This document shows, in pieces, positions 37,613 to 47,094 of a DNA stretch of 53,359 nt. The position numbers and the translations under genes are program-made. Under the pieces are notes generated by a model. The model searched no databases. It saw only the letters and a program-made list of their open reading frames with translations, and was not told where the DNA came from. Within the stretch, counting starts at the first letter, position 1. Each line of letters starts with the position of its first letter. The stretch is from positions 1 through 53,359 of the forward strand of contig JBJDZI010000061.1 of assembly GCA_051867925.1 (NCBI GenBank), given 5' to 3'. The DNA comes from Eubacteriales bacterium. GTDB taxonomy: Bacteria; Bacillota; Clostridia; Oscillospirales; CAG-272.

Positions 37613-37642
37613 AGTAGCCTCCTATCAAATCCTATTTCTGAT

Positions 37643-37671
37643 AGTATACCATAGAGGCGAATATTTGTCAA
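37643..37671 (-). promoter_or_regulatory. pyr operon promoter
   Basis: TTGACA-17-TATACT, about 30 nt upstream of the pyrC ATG. Confidence 0.7.
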
Positions 37672-37753
37672 CCGATTTTGTGCCGAAAAAGCGAAAAATT
37701 AGCGACACGGGATTGGCGGATATGACGGAAGCACCGTCGGTGCGAAAAGAATC

Positions 37754-37837
37754 GGGCGGCAAGGATTTGCCGCCCTGAATAGAAGTTCTTTGTCCCGCTT
37801 GCTTTCAAGAAAGTGGGGTTTGGGGCAACGCCCCAAT
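37754..37837 (+). repeat. Three-hairpin REP-like cassette, copy 5
   Basis: GGGCGGCAA-ggat-TTGCCGCCC; AGTTCTTTG; GGGGTTTGGGGCAACGCCCC. Confidence 0.7.
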
Positions 37838-37847
37838 TACTAAAAAT

Positions 37848-39710
37848 TCACATTCCGGAGTGATCGTAGACGGTGCCGATGACAGGAGCTTCGTAGACGA
37901 CGGTGAATTTGCCGTCCACTACTGCAATACCGACAGTTCCTTCGCCTTCGTAGTAGATCTGATCGTTCTCCACATATTTCAGAACGGTCGCCAACTTAGG
38001 CGTGTTCTCAGGCGTGTGACCGCCGTAGTAACTGTTGGGCAGAAGTGCCATAGGTGCGGCGATCATGGGATACAGGGTATCCAGATAGTTGAAGCAATGG
38101 TGCGCGATCTGCACTACGTCAGACTTCCAAACCGATGCGGGGAAGAAGTTCTTCACCACGCGTTCCGCTTCCACATTGGTGTCGCCCAGCAGCAGAACGG
38201 TCTGTCCGTCCACAGTCAGGCGCAAAATGGTGGAGGTGCAGTTGTAATCGCTGAGCGGGAACTGAACGTCGCCGCCGTTCTTCGCTGCTTCCTCAAACTG
38301 CGCCAGACTTACCGCATCCTCGTGGGTGTAGAGAATCTCCACGCCCATATCGGACAGATTGAAATTCTGACCCGTGTGCAGTTTCAAAAACTGTACGTCG
38401 GGATAATACTTGCGCACAATGGACTTGGCAGTAGTGGTGTAGTCATCGTATCCACCGGAGCGCACCTGATAAGAGGGGATGTTGTACATCACCCGTTCCA
38501 AACTGATCTGATCGTGATAGCGGTTGAAGAGTTTTGCCGTGCCGGTGACATGGTCGCCGTGGGCGTGAGTGATATACCAAGCCGCAACCCGAATAGTCTC
38601 TCCGTCGGCGGAGCCGGTGATCTCGTGCAGGAAGGAAAGCAGACCGTTGATGGCTTCATCGGATGCCTGATAAATGTGTCCGCCATCCACCAGTACCACG
38701 CTGTTATCCGACAGACGAACCACGTAAAGCATACCGCAGTTAATGGTATTGCCGGTGTTGTCCCGGTTCAGAGGATCGTAATACAGACCGTACTGATAGA
38801 CCACAGTCTGGGCGTCTCCCTTGGTATCGTAAGCGAAGTTCGCCAAGGAAACGCCTGCACGATCCTCGGAAACGCGAATCTCGTCGGTGGAATCGGTATA
38901 GGAAACGTGCCACGACAGCCCGTCCTTTTCAAAGGCGGCGTAAAGATTCTTGCCGATCTTGTTGTCCAGAATCTGCTGATAGCCCGCACTCCTCCATTCT
39001 TCGACATAAGCAGTGAAATCAGCCGCAGAAACGTCGGAAACTACCTGCATACGGGAGTATTCGTCAGTCTCCTTCCGAGTATCGTCGGCAAGACCGGAGC
39101 CGGAATTGTAAAATCCTTCTGCCAGAGAACCCACCATGGGAGAGGGACAGGACAGAACCCATCCTTTTCTGACAAAATCGGAAAGGGTGTTGGTGATAGA
39201 CAGATCGCCTTTTAACATAAGCTTGCCTCCTTCGGCTGTTTTCACGTAAGTTTCAATAAAATAGTCCACCGCCTCTGCCAGAACGGCTTCGTTGGTCGCC
39301 ACGATGATGATACGGCTTCCCCGAACGGAAATGGCGTAACTGTTGCCTGCAGGCAGGGACTGCTGCAGGGCAATGCTGTCGGGGCGGTTGGTCTCACCGA
39401 TCAGAATCTCAGGCGCGTCTGACGTCAGTTCGGTATCGTCCATGACGAAATCGTCGGAGAGCGTGGGAGCCGCGCCCAAAGCATCTGCCATAGCCGCGCG
39501 AAGCTCTACGGCAATGGATTTGACTCCGTCGGAAGTGCGCTGTCCGCGGACGATCTTGTACGAAGTAACACCGTTCTCGCTGACCACGATGTCAGGAGCG
39601 GGCGCTTCGGTAGCGACAGTGGTGTCAGCAGGTGCTTGCGCTCCGCCACCGCAGGAGGTCAGCAACACCAGTGACAATGCAAATGCCATGGGAATGTATA
39701 ATTTCTTCAT
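37848..39710 (-). CDS. Lipoprotein with a C-terminal metallo-beta-lactamase-fold hydrolase
   Basis: LTSC lipobox; VLVDGG, THAHGDH, LLGD, QIAHH. Confidence 0.85.
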   Translation of the reverse strand: MKKLYIPMAFALSLVLLTSCGGGAQAPADTTVATEAPAPDIVVSENGVTSYKIVRGQRTSDGVKSIAVELRAAMADALGAAPTLSDDFVMDDTELTSDAPEILIGETNRPDSIALQQSLPAGNSYAISVRGSRIIIVATNEAVLAEAVDYFIETYVKTAEGGKLMLKGDLSITNTLSDFVRKGWVLSCPSPMVGSLAEGFYNSGSGLADDTRKETDEYSRMQVVSDVSAADFTAYVEEWRSAGYQQILDNKIGKNLYAAFEKDGLSWHVSYTDSTDEIRVSEDRAGVSLANFAYDTKGDAQTVVYQYGLYYDPLNRDNTGNTINCGMLYVVRLSDNSVVLVDGGHIYQASDEAINGLLSFLHEITGSADGETIRVAAWYITHAHGDHVTGTAKLFNRYHDQISLERVMYNIPSYQVRSGGYDDYTTTAKSIVRKYYPDVQFLKLHTGQNFNLSDMGVEILYTHEDAVSLAQFEEAAKNGGDVQFPLSDYNCTSTILRLTVDGQTVLLLGDTNVEAERVVKNFFPASVWKSDVVQIAHHCFNYLDTLYPMIAAPMALLPNSYYGGHTPENTPKLATVLKYVENDQIYYEGEGTVGIAVVDGKFTVVYEAPVIGTVYDHSGM

Positions 39711-39802
39711 ATACCTACCTCAATCCGTAAAAATGATAAGTTTATTGTACCCCTCACACGCGGAATTTGTCAATTAAAAAACAAAGGATATTTGTTCAAA
39801 AA

Positions 39803-40396
39803 TCAATATTTTTCAGATTCGTCCCGCGCGCCGTCATCTTTTTTGCGAAATTCTTCAAAGGGATCCCCCTCAATCTCGCTGACGGGAAGCACGTCCAAAG
39901 AAATCATTGCGCGGCGGGCACGGGAGATGTGCCAGATCAGAAAAAGATGCAGAGCCAGATTGGCAAGTGCCACGAAGGTATGATTGGAACCTACTCCAAA
40001 CAGAAGGGCGGGATCGACAAAATATCCCCATACGCCCACAATCACGTCCAGCCAAAGCAGAATGAAGACCGCCCGTCGCAGGATACTTGCAAAATCCTTC
40101 TTCCAGAACACCGCCGTCAGCACCATGAAACAAGGAATGACTGCCGCCAGCAATGCCGTGAAGCGTGTGACCGCCGATTCCGCATAGATGTAGCGGAGCA
40201 TCAGCAATAGATCCGCCATGGTGCAGGATAAATACGAACGCAGAGCAGCACTGCCCATCAGAAAGATCAGATTCAAAACCGTCGCCGCCGCCCAAACTCC
40301 CACCAGAATGCGCCCGATGAGGATACGCCGATCCATCAGTTTTCGGCGATCCGCAAGGGTGCGGTTCACGTCTTGGTCGTGGGTGATCTTTTTCAT
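39803..40396 (-). CDS. Hypothetical membrane protein
   Basis: Several TM segments; ATGA overlap with the upstream gene. Confidence 0.7.
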   Translation of the reverse strand: MKKITHDQDVNRTLADRRKLMDRRILIGRILVGVWAAATVLNLIFLMGSAALRSYLSCTMADLLLMLRYIYAESAVTRFTALLAAVIPCFMVLTAVFWKKDFASILRRAVFILLWLDVIVGVWGYFVDPALLFGVGSNHTFVALANLALHLFLIWHISRARRAMISLDVLPVSEIEGDPFEEFRKKDDGARDESEKY

Positions 40397-41487
40397 TGGG
40401 ATACCTCGTCGGAGGGCTTTTTCTCCGCTTCATCCCGCAGGTTGAGCGCGGCAGTCAGTTCTGCAACCCCTGCAATGGGAGTAGCAGATTCGGGAACGAC
40501 CGGTTCGGGAGTGGTAAAATAGCCCATTCCCACAGGTGCTACGCCGGGAAATGCCGCGGGAGTGTCAAATACCACAGCCGCAGGTTCCGCTGCGAGAGGC
40601 TTGCGGAAGATTTTGTGGGTACGCAGGGCAAACAGCAGAACCAAAGCCGCGATGCCCAAAATGAGGAACAACAAGAACACGGAATTGATCAACAGATTAA
40701 ACCGCGTAAGTTGCGCCTCGCTCATTCCTGACGTGTCGATATAGGACAGCAAACTGACCGAGTTAAAGCCGGCGTGGAAGACGACCCCGGGCAGGATGGA
40801 ATCGTAGGCAAAATAGATGCAAGCCATGGCAAAGCCCAGCATACCGGCGTAAATCCATTGAACGGGATGCTGGTGAACCATTCCGAAGATCACGGAGGAC
40901 AGCACGATCGCCGCTCCGCGGGGAATGGCACGGGAAAGCCGCCCCGCCATCAAATGACGGAAAAACAGTTCCTCGATCAGCGGCGCACCCACTACTCCCG
41001 CAAGGGCGTAGAGGAGCATATCTTTCATATAATAGGTTTCGTCCATGGTAGAGCCGTAGCTTTCCATCACTTCAGGCCAAAACTCCTCCACATATGCCAT
41101 AAGAATGCTCAGCACGAAACTCATGCCGATGCCCGCCACCAGCGCCAGCGGCAGAGAGATAAGTCGGGGCTTTTTCAATCCCAGCGACTCAAAGACCTTC
41201 TTTTTGCGCAGTTTGAAGATCAGCGTCAGCACGGCAAGCAAAACTGCGTAAATGACCAGCATCAACTGATTGCCGGTCTCATAATACCGCTCGTTGATCC
41301 ATTTGTACCGTTCAACCTCGCCAAACCCATCGGGAGCCGACAGAACCAGATACACCGAATAGACGCCTGCGATCAGGTACTCGACAACGATATACAGCAA
41401 AAAATATAGAACCGCCGATCCGATATGTCGCCAAGGAGAGACTTTTTTCGGAGGGAGATTGCCGTTTGCAGTGATTTCTTCAGTCAT
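40393..41487 (-). CDS. CPBP (CAAX/Abi) intramembrane metalloprotease
   Basis: EELFFR, FGMVH, HAGFN. Confidence 0.9.
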   Translation of the reverse strand: MTEEITANGNLPPKKVSPWRHIGSAVLYFLLYIVVEYLIAGVYSVYLVLSAPDGFGEVERYKWINERYYETGNQLMLVIYAVLLAVLTLIFKLRKKKVFESLGLKKPRLISLPLALVAGIGMSFVLSILMAYVEEFWPEVMESYGSTMDETYYMKDMLLYALAGVVGAPLIEELFFRHLMAGRLSRAIPRGAAIVLSSVIFGMVHQHPVQWIYAGMLGFAMACIYFAYDSILPGVVFHAGFNSVSLLSYIDTSGMSEAQLTRFNLLINSVFLLFLILGIAALVLLFALRTHKIFRKPLAAEPAAVVFDTPAAFPGVAPVGMGYFTTPEPVVPESATPIAGVAELTAALNLRDEAEKKPSDEVSQ

Positions 41488-41523
41488 ACAAATCCTTCTT
41501 TCACAAATGAACGTTCAGCCGTC

Positions 41524-42498
41524 TTACGGCGCTTCGTTGCCGTCGGTATTTTCCTCGCCGAAAATGGATTTGACGGCAGAAGAATTCTCGGGCTTTACCT
41601 CCTGGGTCAGCAAACCGAAGGGATCGGTGTAAGCCTTTTTGGGTTCTTTTTCTTTGACCGGAGCAGGCTTTGCGGGAGCAGGCTCAGCCTCTTTGACCTC
41701 GGGAGCAGCGGGAACCTTGGGAACTGCGGGACGGGTCATCGACTCAAAAATGGGTTGGTTTTTACTCTTTTTCTTGGGGATGGGTGCCAGATCGTCCTCA
41801 TCCTCCGGCGTGATCTCAACGGGCGCAGTCCGCACGGGTACTGCCACGGGAGTGATCCGCGGACGAGCGGTCTCGGGCGCAGGATCGGAGGGTTCGGTTT
41901 GCGTTTCTGCATCAGACGAGCCGTTTCCCATTGTCGGATCCATTTCGCCGCACGACAATGTTTTGTTGCCCACGGTCGCCTCTACGCTGTCATCCGCACC
42001 GTCCGATGCAGGCACGGATGCGATCTCCTTGACGGTTCGACGGTTGTCAGCGGCAAGCTCATCTTCTGCCCCATCAGCCTCCGATTCGTCTTCGTCCGCC
42101 CCTGTTTCCTCCGCATAAATTCCTGCGCAAAGAATGGTAACACCTGCCTGCAGAGCGGATGCCACACAAACCAGCATCATCACAAAGGGCAGAAGCAATT
42201 CCAGCGGGAGATCATCGGGAAATGCCCATTCATAAACATACAGCACCAGCAGTCCGCCGCCGATGGGGGTGTGAAGAAGACAGGCAAGCAAAGTCAGCGG
42301 TCTGCGCAGGCTTTGCTCCACACAAACCAGTACGGTAAGCCCCAGAGACAGAAGAAGCAACAACAATGCGCCCAAATGCATAAAAAACAGGTCAAACATC
42401 ACGATGCTCTCCGTGAAAACATCAACCACCGACAGCACCAGCATCAGTCCGGCACAAGCCAGAACCGATAGAGGAAGGATCTTTTTTATCATATTCAT
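41524..42498 (-). CDS. Hypothetical protein, 4 TM plus acidic/Pro-rich tail
   Basis: Hydrophobic N-terminal half; operon position; AAGGA RBS. Confidence 0.7.
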   Translation of the reverse strand: MNMIKKILPLSVLACAGLMLVLSVVDVFTESIVMFDLFFMHLGALLLLLLSLGLTVLVCVEQSLRRPLTLLACLLHTPIGGGLLVLYVYEWAFPDDLPLELLLPFVMMLVCVASALQAGVTILCAGIYAEETGADEDESEADGAEDELAADNRRTVKEIASVPASDGADDSVEATVGNKTLSCGEMDPTMGNGSSDAETQTEPSDPAPETARPRITPVAVPVRTAPVEITPEDEDDLAPIPKKKSKNQPIFESMTRPAVPKVPAAPEVKEAEPAPAKPAPVKEKEPKKAYTDPFGLLTQEVKPENSSAVKSIFGEENTDGNEAP

Positions 42499-42542
42499 CA
42501 CAAAGCGATTCCTTTCCAAGTACAGTAATTTCTTTTCCAAGT

Positions 42543-43529
42543 TCAGTTCGTTTTTTTCTTTTTACGATTGAAGATCAGCTTCTTCTGAACAAAATAGTTC
42601 AAAAGGAAGAAGATGGCTTCGCATAAGATCTTCGCCAAAGCCAGCGGGATGATCGCGTACAGCAGCTGCAAAACGCCCATCTTGCCGAGGAGCACAAACA
42701 CCGCCAGCGAGTAATACTGCGCCATCGCCAGCCAAAATCCGCCTTTCTTGCGGAAGACCAGAAAATGATTGACCGTGAAATTGTATTGTGAACTGACAAT
42801 CCACGAAATCAACTGTGCAATTCCTATGCGCGTTTCTTCGTTACCGATAGGCAAAACATCTGCCAGCACCATCAGCAACACGAAATCGATCAGAAATGCC
42901 GTTGCCGAAGAACACAGAAATTTCAGCGAGGAAGCATTGCGGAAAATTCCCCACAATGCGCGGAACCCGTTTTTGGCGGTGGTGCGCGGTGCGGCGGCAC
43001 CGCCATCCTCCGGCTCATCCAGGGCAAGATCGGTAATCTGCACATCCTCCGCAACAGCGGCCTGAACCAGCGTAATCTCATAATCGTCGTGTCTGCCGCT
43101 GACCTGCTCCAGCAGGGGAGCCATCGAACGGTCGTAGCCCCGCAGTCCGCACCACGGCACGCGGTGACTGCCTGTGGTAATAACCATCAGCAGATGGATC
43201 ATCCCTCCCATCAGGGCAGGAGAGGCGGTTTGAAGTCCGCCGTCCACAAAGACAGCACCGTCTTCCAGCGCCTTTGCCACGCGCAAAACGAATTCCGGCT
43301 CACATCCGCCTCTGGGGAGTGTGATGACGCCGTCGGCGTTCATTTCGCCAAAGGCGTAGGCAAACGCCTGCTTCAGACGAACGGCTCTGCCCTTTTGAAT
43401 ATAGGGGAGAACGGTCTCACCGTCCATCGGCTCCACAGGAGTATCGGTAACGGTCAGAAGCGGAAATCGATCCTTGAATGTTTCCGCCAAACGGCGGCTC
43501 TCGGGATCGGTCGCAATCAAAACCAACAT
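42543..43529 (-). CDS. GT2-like/GtrA fusion (GT2 half appears degenerate)
   Basis: C-terminal GtrA (KFLCSS..FLIDF...NFTVNHFLVF...QKKLIF); N-terminal part keeps CGLRG and YEI of GT2 but has no DxD. Confidence 0.7.
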   Translation of the reverse strand: MLVLIATDPESRRLAETFKDRFPLLTVTDTPVEPMDGETVLPYIQKGRAVRLKQAFAYAFGEMNADGVITLPRGGCEPEFVLRVAKALEDGAVFVDGGLQTASPALMGGMIHLLMVITTGSHRVPWCGLRGYDRSMAPLLEQVSGRHDDYEITLVQAAVAEDVQITDLALDEPEDGGAAAPRTTAKNGFRALWGIFRNASSLKFLCSSATAFLIDFVLLMVLADVLPIGNEETRIGIAQLISWIVSSQYNFTVNHFLVFRKKGGFWLAMAQYYSLAVFVLLGKMGVLQLLYAIIPLALAKILCEAIFFLLNYFVQKKLIFNRKKKKTN

Positions 43530-43703
43530 AAAATAACCTCAAATGACGCACACAGCCTGTCCGCGCGGGTGAAAATCCCGCTAAACCATCGGTCGGTGCC
43601 AAACTGAGATGCCGTAAGATGGGTATATCTCGGCATCTTAGTTTCTATTGTAACTGAATATTATGAAAATTCTGTGAATAGCGCGATTTTTTTTGAAAAA
43701 TAT

Positions 43704-43732
43704 TTGACAATTTCCGTGGGATGTGCTATGAT
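43704..43732 (+). promoter_or_regulatory. rnpB promoter
   Basis: TTGACA-17-TATGAT with an extended -10 TG. Confidence 0.75.
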
Positions 43733-43739
43733 AAGGAAT

Positions 43740-44089
43740 GGACCGAGCTGTGCTGTCGCGCGGTATGTCGCCGAAAGGTATTACCGTGAGGAAAGTCCGG
43801 GCTTCACAGGGCAGGATAACGGATAACGTCCGCCGAGGGTGACCTCCGGGAAAGTGCAACAGAAAAGAACCGCCCCGCAAGGGGTAAGGATGAAAAGGCG
43901 AGGTAAGAGCTCACCGGCAGTTTGGTAACAACCTGCAAGTGTAAACCCTATCCGAAGCAACACCCACAGGGAGATGTCTGCCCGACAGTTTGATCCCACG
44001 GGTGGCACAGAACCTGTCGGCAACGGCAGGACAAGATAGATGACGGCAACAGAGAAATCTGAACAGAACCCGGCTTACAGGCTCGGTCC
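43740..44089 (+). ncRNA. rnpB: RNase P RNA (type A)
   Basis: GAGGAAAGTCCGGGC, AGTGCAACAG, GGTAAGAGC, ACAGAACCCGGCTTA; P1 helix GGACCGAGC/GCTCGGTCC. Confidence 0.97.
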
Positions 44090-44095
44090 GAACTT

Positions 44096-44182
44096 TTTTC
44101 AAAGCCAACGGTAGAAATTTCCGAATCGGCATTCCCAATTTTCAAAGCCGACGACAGAAATTTCCGAATCGTCATTTCCCAA
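44096..44182 (+). repeat. Imperfect 43-44 bp tandem duplication after rnpB
   Basis: TTTTCAAAGCC.ACG..AGAAATTTCCGAATCG.CATT(T)CCCAA twice. Confidence 0.75.
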
Positions 44183-44228
44183 GAAGTTAGTCCTACTGAA
44201 AATTTTTCCCACAAGTTAACACAAACTT

Positions 44229-45194
44229 ATGTCCTACGAAATTCTTCTGGCACCCATGGCGGGCGTGACCGATCACGCCTTTCGGGTGCTGTGTCATCGG
44301 ATGGGATGCGACCGTACCGTGTCCGAGATGATCTCCGCCAAGGCGATCCATTACAAAGACGAAAAAACCGCGACCCTCGCCCGCATTCGCGCGGATGAGG
44401 GTCCCGTTGTATTGCAGATTTTCGGCGCAGAGCCGGAGATCATGGCAGAAGCGGCAGATCTGCTGACCCGCAGTGCCTATCACGGCTGCAAAAGCGAAGC
44501 CGCCCCTGTGGGGATCGACATCAACATGGGCTGTCCCATGAAGAAAATCACCGGAAACGGCGAAGGCTCTGCTCTGATGAGGGATCCCGCACTGATCGAG
44601 CGGATCGTGGGCACCGTCAAATCGGCAACCCCCCTTCCGGTCAGCGTGAAACTCCGGACGGGCTGGGACGATACTTCGGTCAACGCCGTGGAATGCGCCC
44701 TCGCCGCCGTAGCCGGCGGTGCGGATCTCATCGCCATCCACGGGCGCACCCGCCAGCAACTCTATCGCCCTCCCGTCAGCCGCACCGTCATTGCCGACGT
44801 GAAACGGGCGGTAAATGTCCCCGTCATCGCCAACGGCGGCATAGATTCACCCGAATCTGCCGCCCAAATGCTGACCGAGACGGGCGCGGACGGCATTATG
44901 ATCGGGCAGGCGGCTGAAGGCAATCCTTGGCTCTTCGCCGAACTGGCAGCCGCCAGAGACGGGCGTCCCTACACGCCCCCCACCCCGGAGGAGCGAATGA
45001 CGCTTGCCATCGAACATCTTCGCCTGCTGGTGGAGGACAAGGACGAATACATCGGCATCCGGGAAGCCCGCCGCCATTTGGGGCATCACTGCAAGGGAAT
45101 GCCCGGTGCCACCGCCTACCGCGACGCCGTCTGCCAAGCCGAAACCGCCGCGGAGCTGTTGCGGCTCACCGAGGAGTTTATCCGAGGGTTGTGA
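44229..45194 (+). CDS. dusB: tRNA-dihydrouridine synthase B
   Basis: LAPMAGVTD, DINMGCP, IHGRT, ANGG, GNPWLF. Confidence 0.93.
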   Translation: MSYEILLAPMAGVTDHAFRVLCHRMGCDRTVSEMISAKAIHYKDEKTATLARIRADEGPVVLQIFGAEPEIMAEAADLLTRSAYHGCKSEAAPVGIDINMGCPMKKITGNGEGSALMRDPALIERIVGTVKSATPLPVSVKLRTGWDDTSVNAVECALAAVAGGADLIAIHGRTRQQLYRPPVSRTVIADVKRAVNVPVIANGGIDSPESAAQMLTETGADGIMIGQAAEGNPWLFAELAAARDGRPYTPPTPEERMTLAIEHLRLLVEDKDEYIGIREARRHLGHHCKGMPGATAYRDAVCQAETAAELLRLTEEFIRGL

Positions 45195-45320
45195 GATTCG
45201 ATCCGCAACATCCCCCTCGCACCTTCGTCCGCAATGCGCGTTCCTCGCTCCTTAGAAGAAACACAGATCGGGCGGCTCTCCCCACGCATAAATTCATTCA
45301 TCCCCAGAAAGGAACACTCT

Positions 45321-46739
45321 ATGAGATCATCCGGTATTTTAATGCACATCTCCACGCTCCCCGGCAGCTACGGTTGCGGCTCGTTTGGCAAAGAAGCCTA
45401 CGATTTTGTCGATTTCCTCGCCGAGAGCGGATTCAGAATCTGGCAGACGCTGCCCTTTGGCGTGCCCGATCAGTACGGCTCGCCCTATAAATCCTACTCG
45501 GCATTTGCGGGCAATCCCTATTTCATCGACCTGGACGCGCTGAGACAAGACGGTCTGCTTACCGAGGACGAACTGCGCTCCGCAAAGCAGCAGACCCCCT
45601 ACCTCTGCGAGTTCCAACGACTTGCCAAAGAGCGGCTCCCGCTCCTGCGCAAAGCCGCCGCACGAGTCGAGGATCGCAAGACCGCGCAAAAATTGGTTGC
45701 CAAGTACCCGCATCTGCAGGCGTACTGCCGTTTTATGGCACTTCGGGATGCCAATCCCGACAAACTGTGGAACGGTTTCACCGCGGAGGCAGACCCCGAG
45801 GAGGTTTTCTTCCACACCTTCCTGCAATACACTTTTTTGACGCAATGGCTGAAACTCAAGGAGTACGCCAACCAAAAAGGCATCTCCATCATCGGCGATA
45901 TTCCGATCTACGTGGACTACGACAGCGCCGACGTATGGGAGAATCCCACCCTCTTTCAGTTGGGTGCAGACCTGCGCCCCGAGGCGGTGGCAGGCGTTCC
46001 CCCGGACTATTTCTCCCCCGACGGTCAGCTTTGGGGCAATCCCCTCTATAACTGGGACAAAATGAAGGAGGATGGCTACCGTTGGTGGCGCGACCGCATC
46101 CGCTGGCAGCTCACCCTCTTCGACGGCATCCGCATCGACCATTTCCGCGGATTCTCCGCCTATTTCTCAGTTCCCGCAGACGCCAAAACCGCCAAGGGCG
46201 GTCGCTGGGTGAAAGGTCCCGGTCTGCCCTTCGTCAAGACCATCCAAAAAGAAGCCAAGGGCAAACTCATCATCGCCGAAGACTTGGGCGACATCGACGA
46301 GGACGTAGTCCGGCTCCTGACCGCCTCGGGACTGCCGGGGATGCGCGTCTTCCAGTTCGCCTTTCTCGCCGAGGACAGCGTACACAAGCCCCATTTCTAC
46401 CCCGAAAACTGCGTTGCCTACTCGGGTACCCACGACAACAACACGCTGCTGGGCTATCTGTGGGAGTTGGACGACGATACCCGCCGCTATATGCTGGAGT
46501 ATTGCGGACATCGGGGCGAGTGGCAATCGGGCTGTGACACCATCCTGCGCACGCTCCTGCGCACTCCCGCAGAGCGAGTGATCTTCCCCATCCAGGACAT
46601 CCTCGGCTACGGCGCCGACACCCGCATGAACACTCCCGGCGTGGCGACGGGCAACTGGGCGTATCGGGTGACTGCGGAGCAACTGGGCGGGATCGACCGC
46701 GGCTATTGGAAGTGGCTCAATCAGATGTACGGACGGTAA
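45321..46739 (+). CDS. malQ: 4-alpha-glucanotransferase (GH77)
   Basis: GDIPIYV, GVPPDYFS..GQLWGNP, RIDHFRG, AEDLG, THDN, MNTPG. Confidence 0.96.
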   Translation: MRSSGILMHISTLPGSYGCGSFGKEAYDFVDFLAESGFRIWQTLPFGVPDQYGSPYKSYSAFAGNPYFIDLDALRQDGLLTEDELRSAKQQTPYLCEFQRLAKERLPLLRKAAARVEDRKTAQKLVAKYPHLQAYCRFMALRDANPDKLWNGFTAEADPEEVFFHTFLQYTFLTQWLKLKEYANQKGISIIGDIPIYVDYDSADVWENPTLFQLGADLRPEAVAGVPPDYFSPDGQLWGNPLYNWDKMKEDGYRWWRDRIRWQLTLFDGIRIDHFRGFSAYFSVPADAKTAKGGRWVKGPGLPFVKTIQKEAKGKLIIAEDLGDIDEDVVRLLTASGLPGMRVFQFAFLAEDSVHKPHFYPENCVAYSGTHDNNTLLGYLWELDDDTRRYMLEYCGHRGEWQSGCDTILRTLLRTPAERVIFPIQDILGYGADTRMNTPGVATGNWAYRVTAEQLGGIDRGYWKWLNQMYGR

Positions 46740-47033
46740 ACGGCTGTCGAAAGCTCTCTGCACTTATACAAGAGAAGCAGATTTGGCTCCGGAGTCTGAT
46801 CATAGTGGCAACAGTGCTACGCATCTGCGCTGAACAGCAAGGCGATCAAGCAGATCGAACATATCTGATAATATGCATGAAAAGTTGATTCTGTCAAGCG
46901 GTCTTTGCAAGAACATCTGCTGTCCGGTCACAGATCAGGAGGACAGACTTATTCCGGACCGCATCCTGCTGGTTCCCGAAGACGCGGCGCTCGACTTCGA
47001 CACGGACATGAACAGAGCAGAATAATCATGGAT

Positions 47034-47076
47034 GAAGCAAATCCCCCATTCCGTTTCCGGAATGGGGGATTTGCTT
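47034..47076. terminator. Long perfect hairpin between convergent genes
   Basis: AAGCAAATCCCCCATTCC...GGAATGGGGGATTTGCTT. Confidence 0.7.
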
Positions 47077-47094
47077 ATCGGACCGTCTGATAAA

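Noticed and set aside
43594-43612. TPP riboswitch-like GGTGC...CTGAGA
   Set aside because: Lacks the downstream ACCTGA..GGTAATGCC..CGTAGG core, and no thiamine gene follows
46872-47026. ~50-aa ORF MHEKLILSSG...DMNRAE ending before the hairpin
   Set aside because: No clear RBS or recognisable motif; may be a gene remnant but cannot be supported
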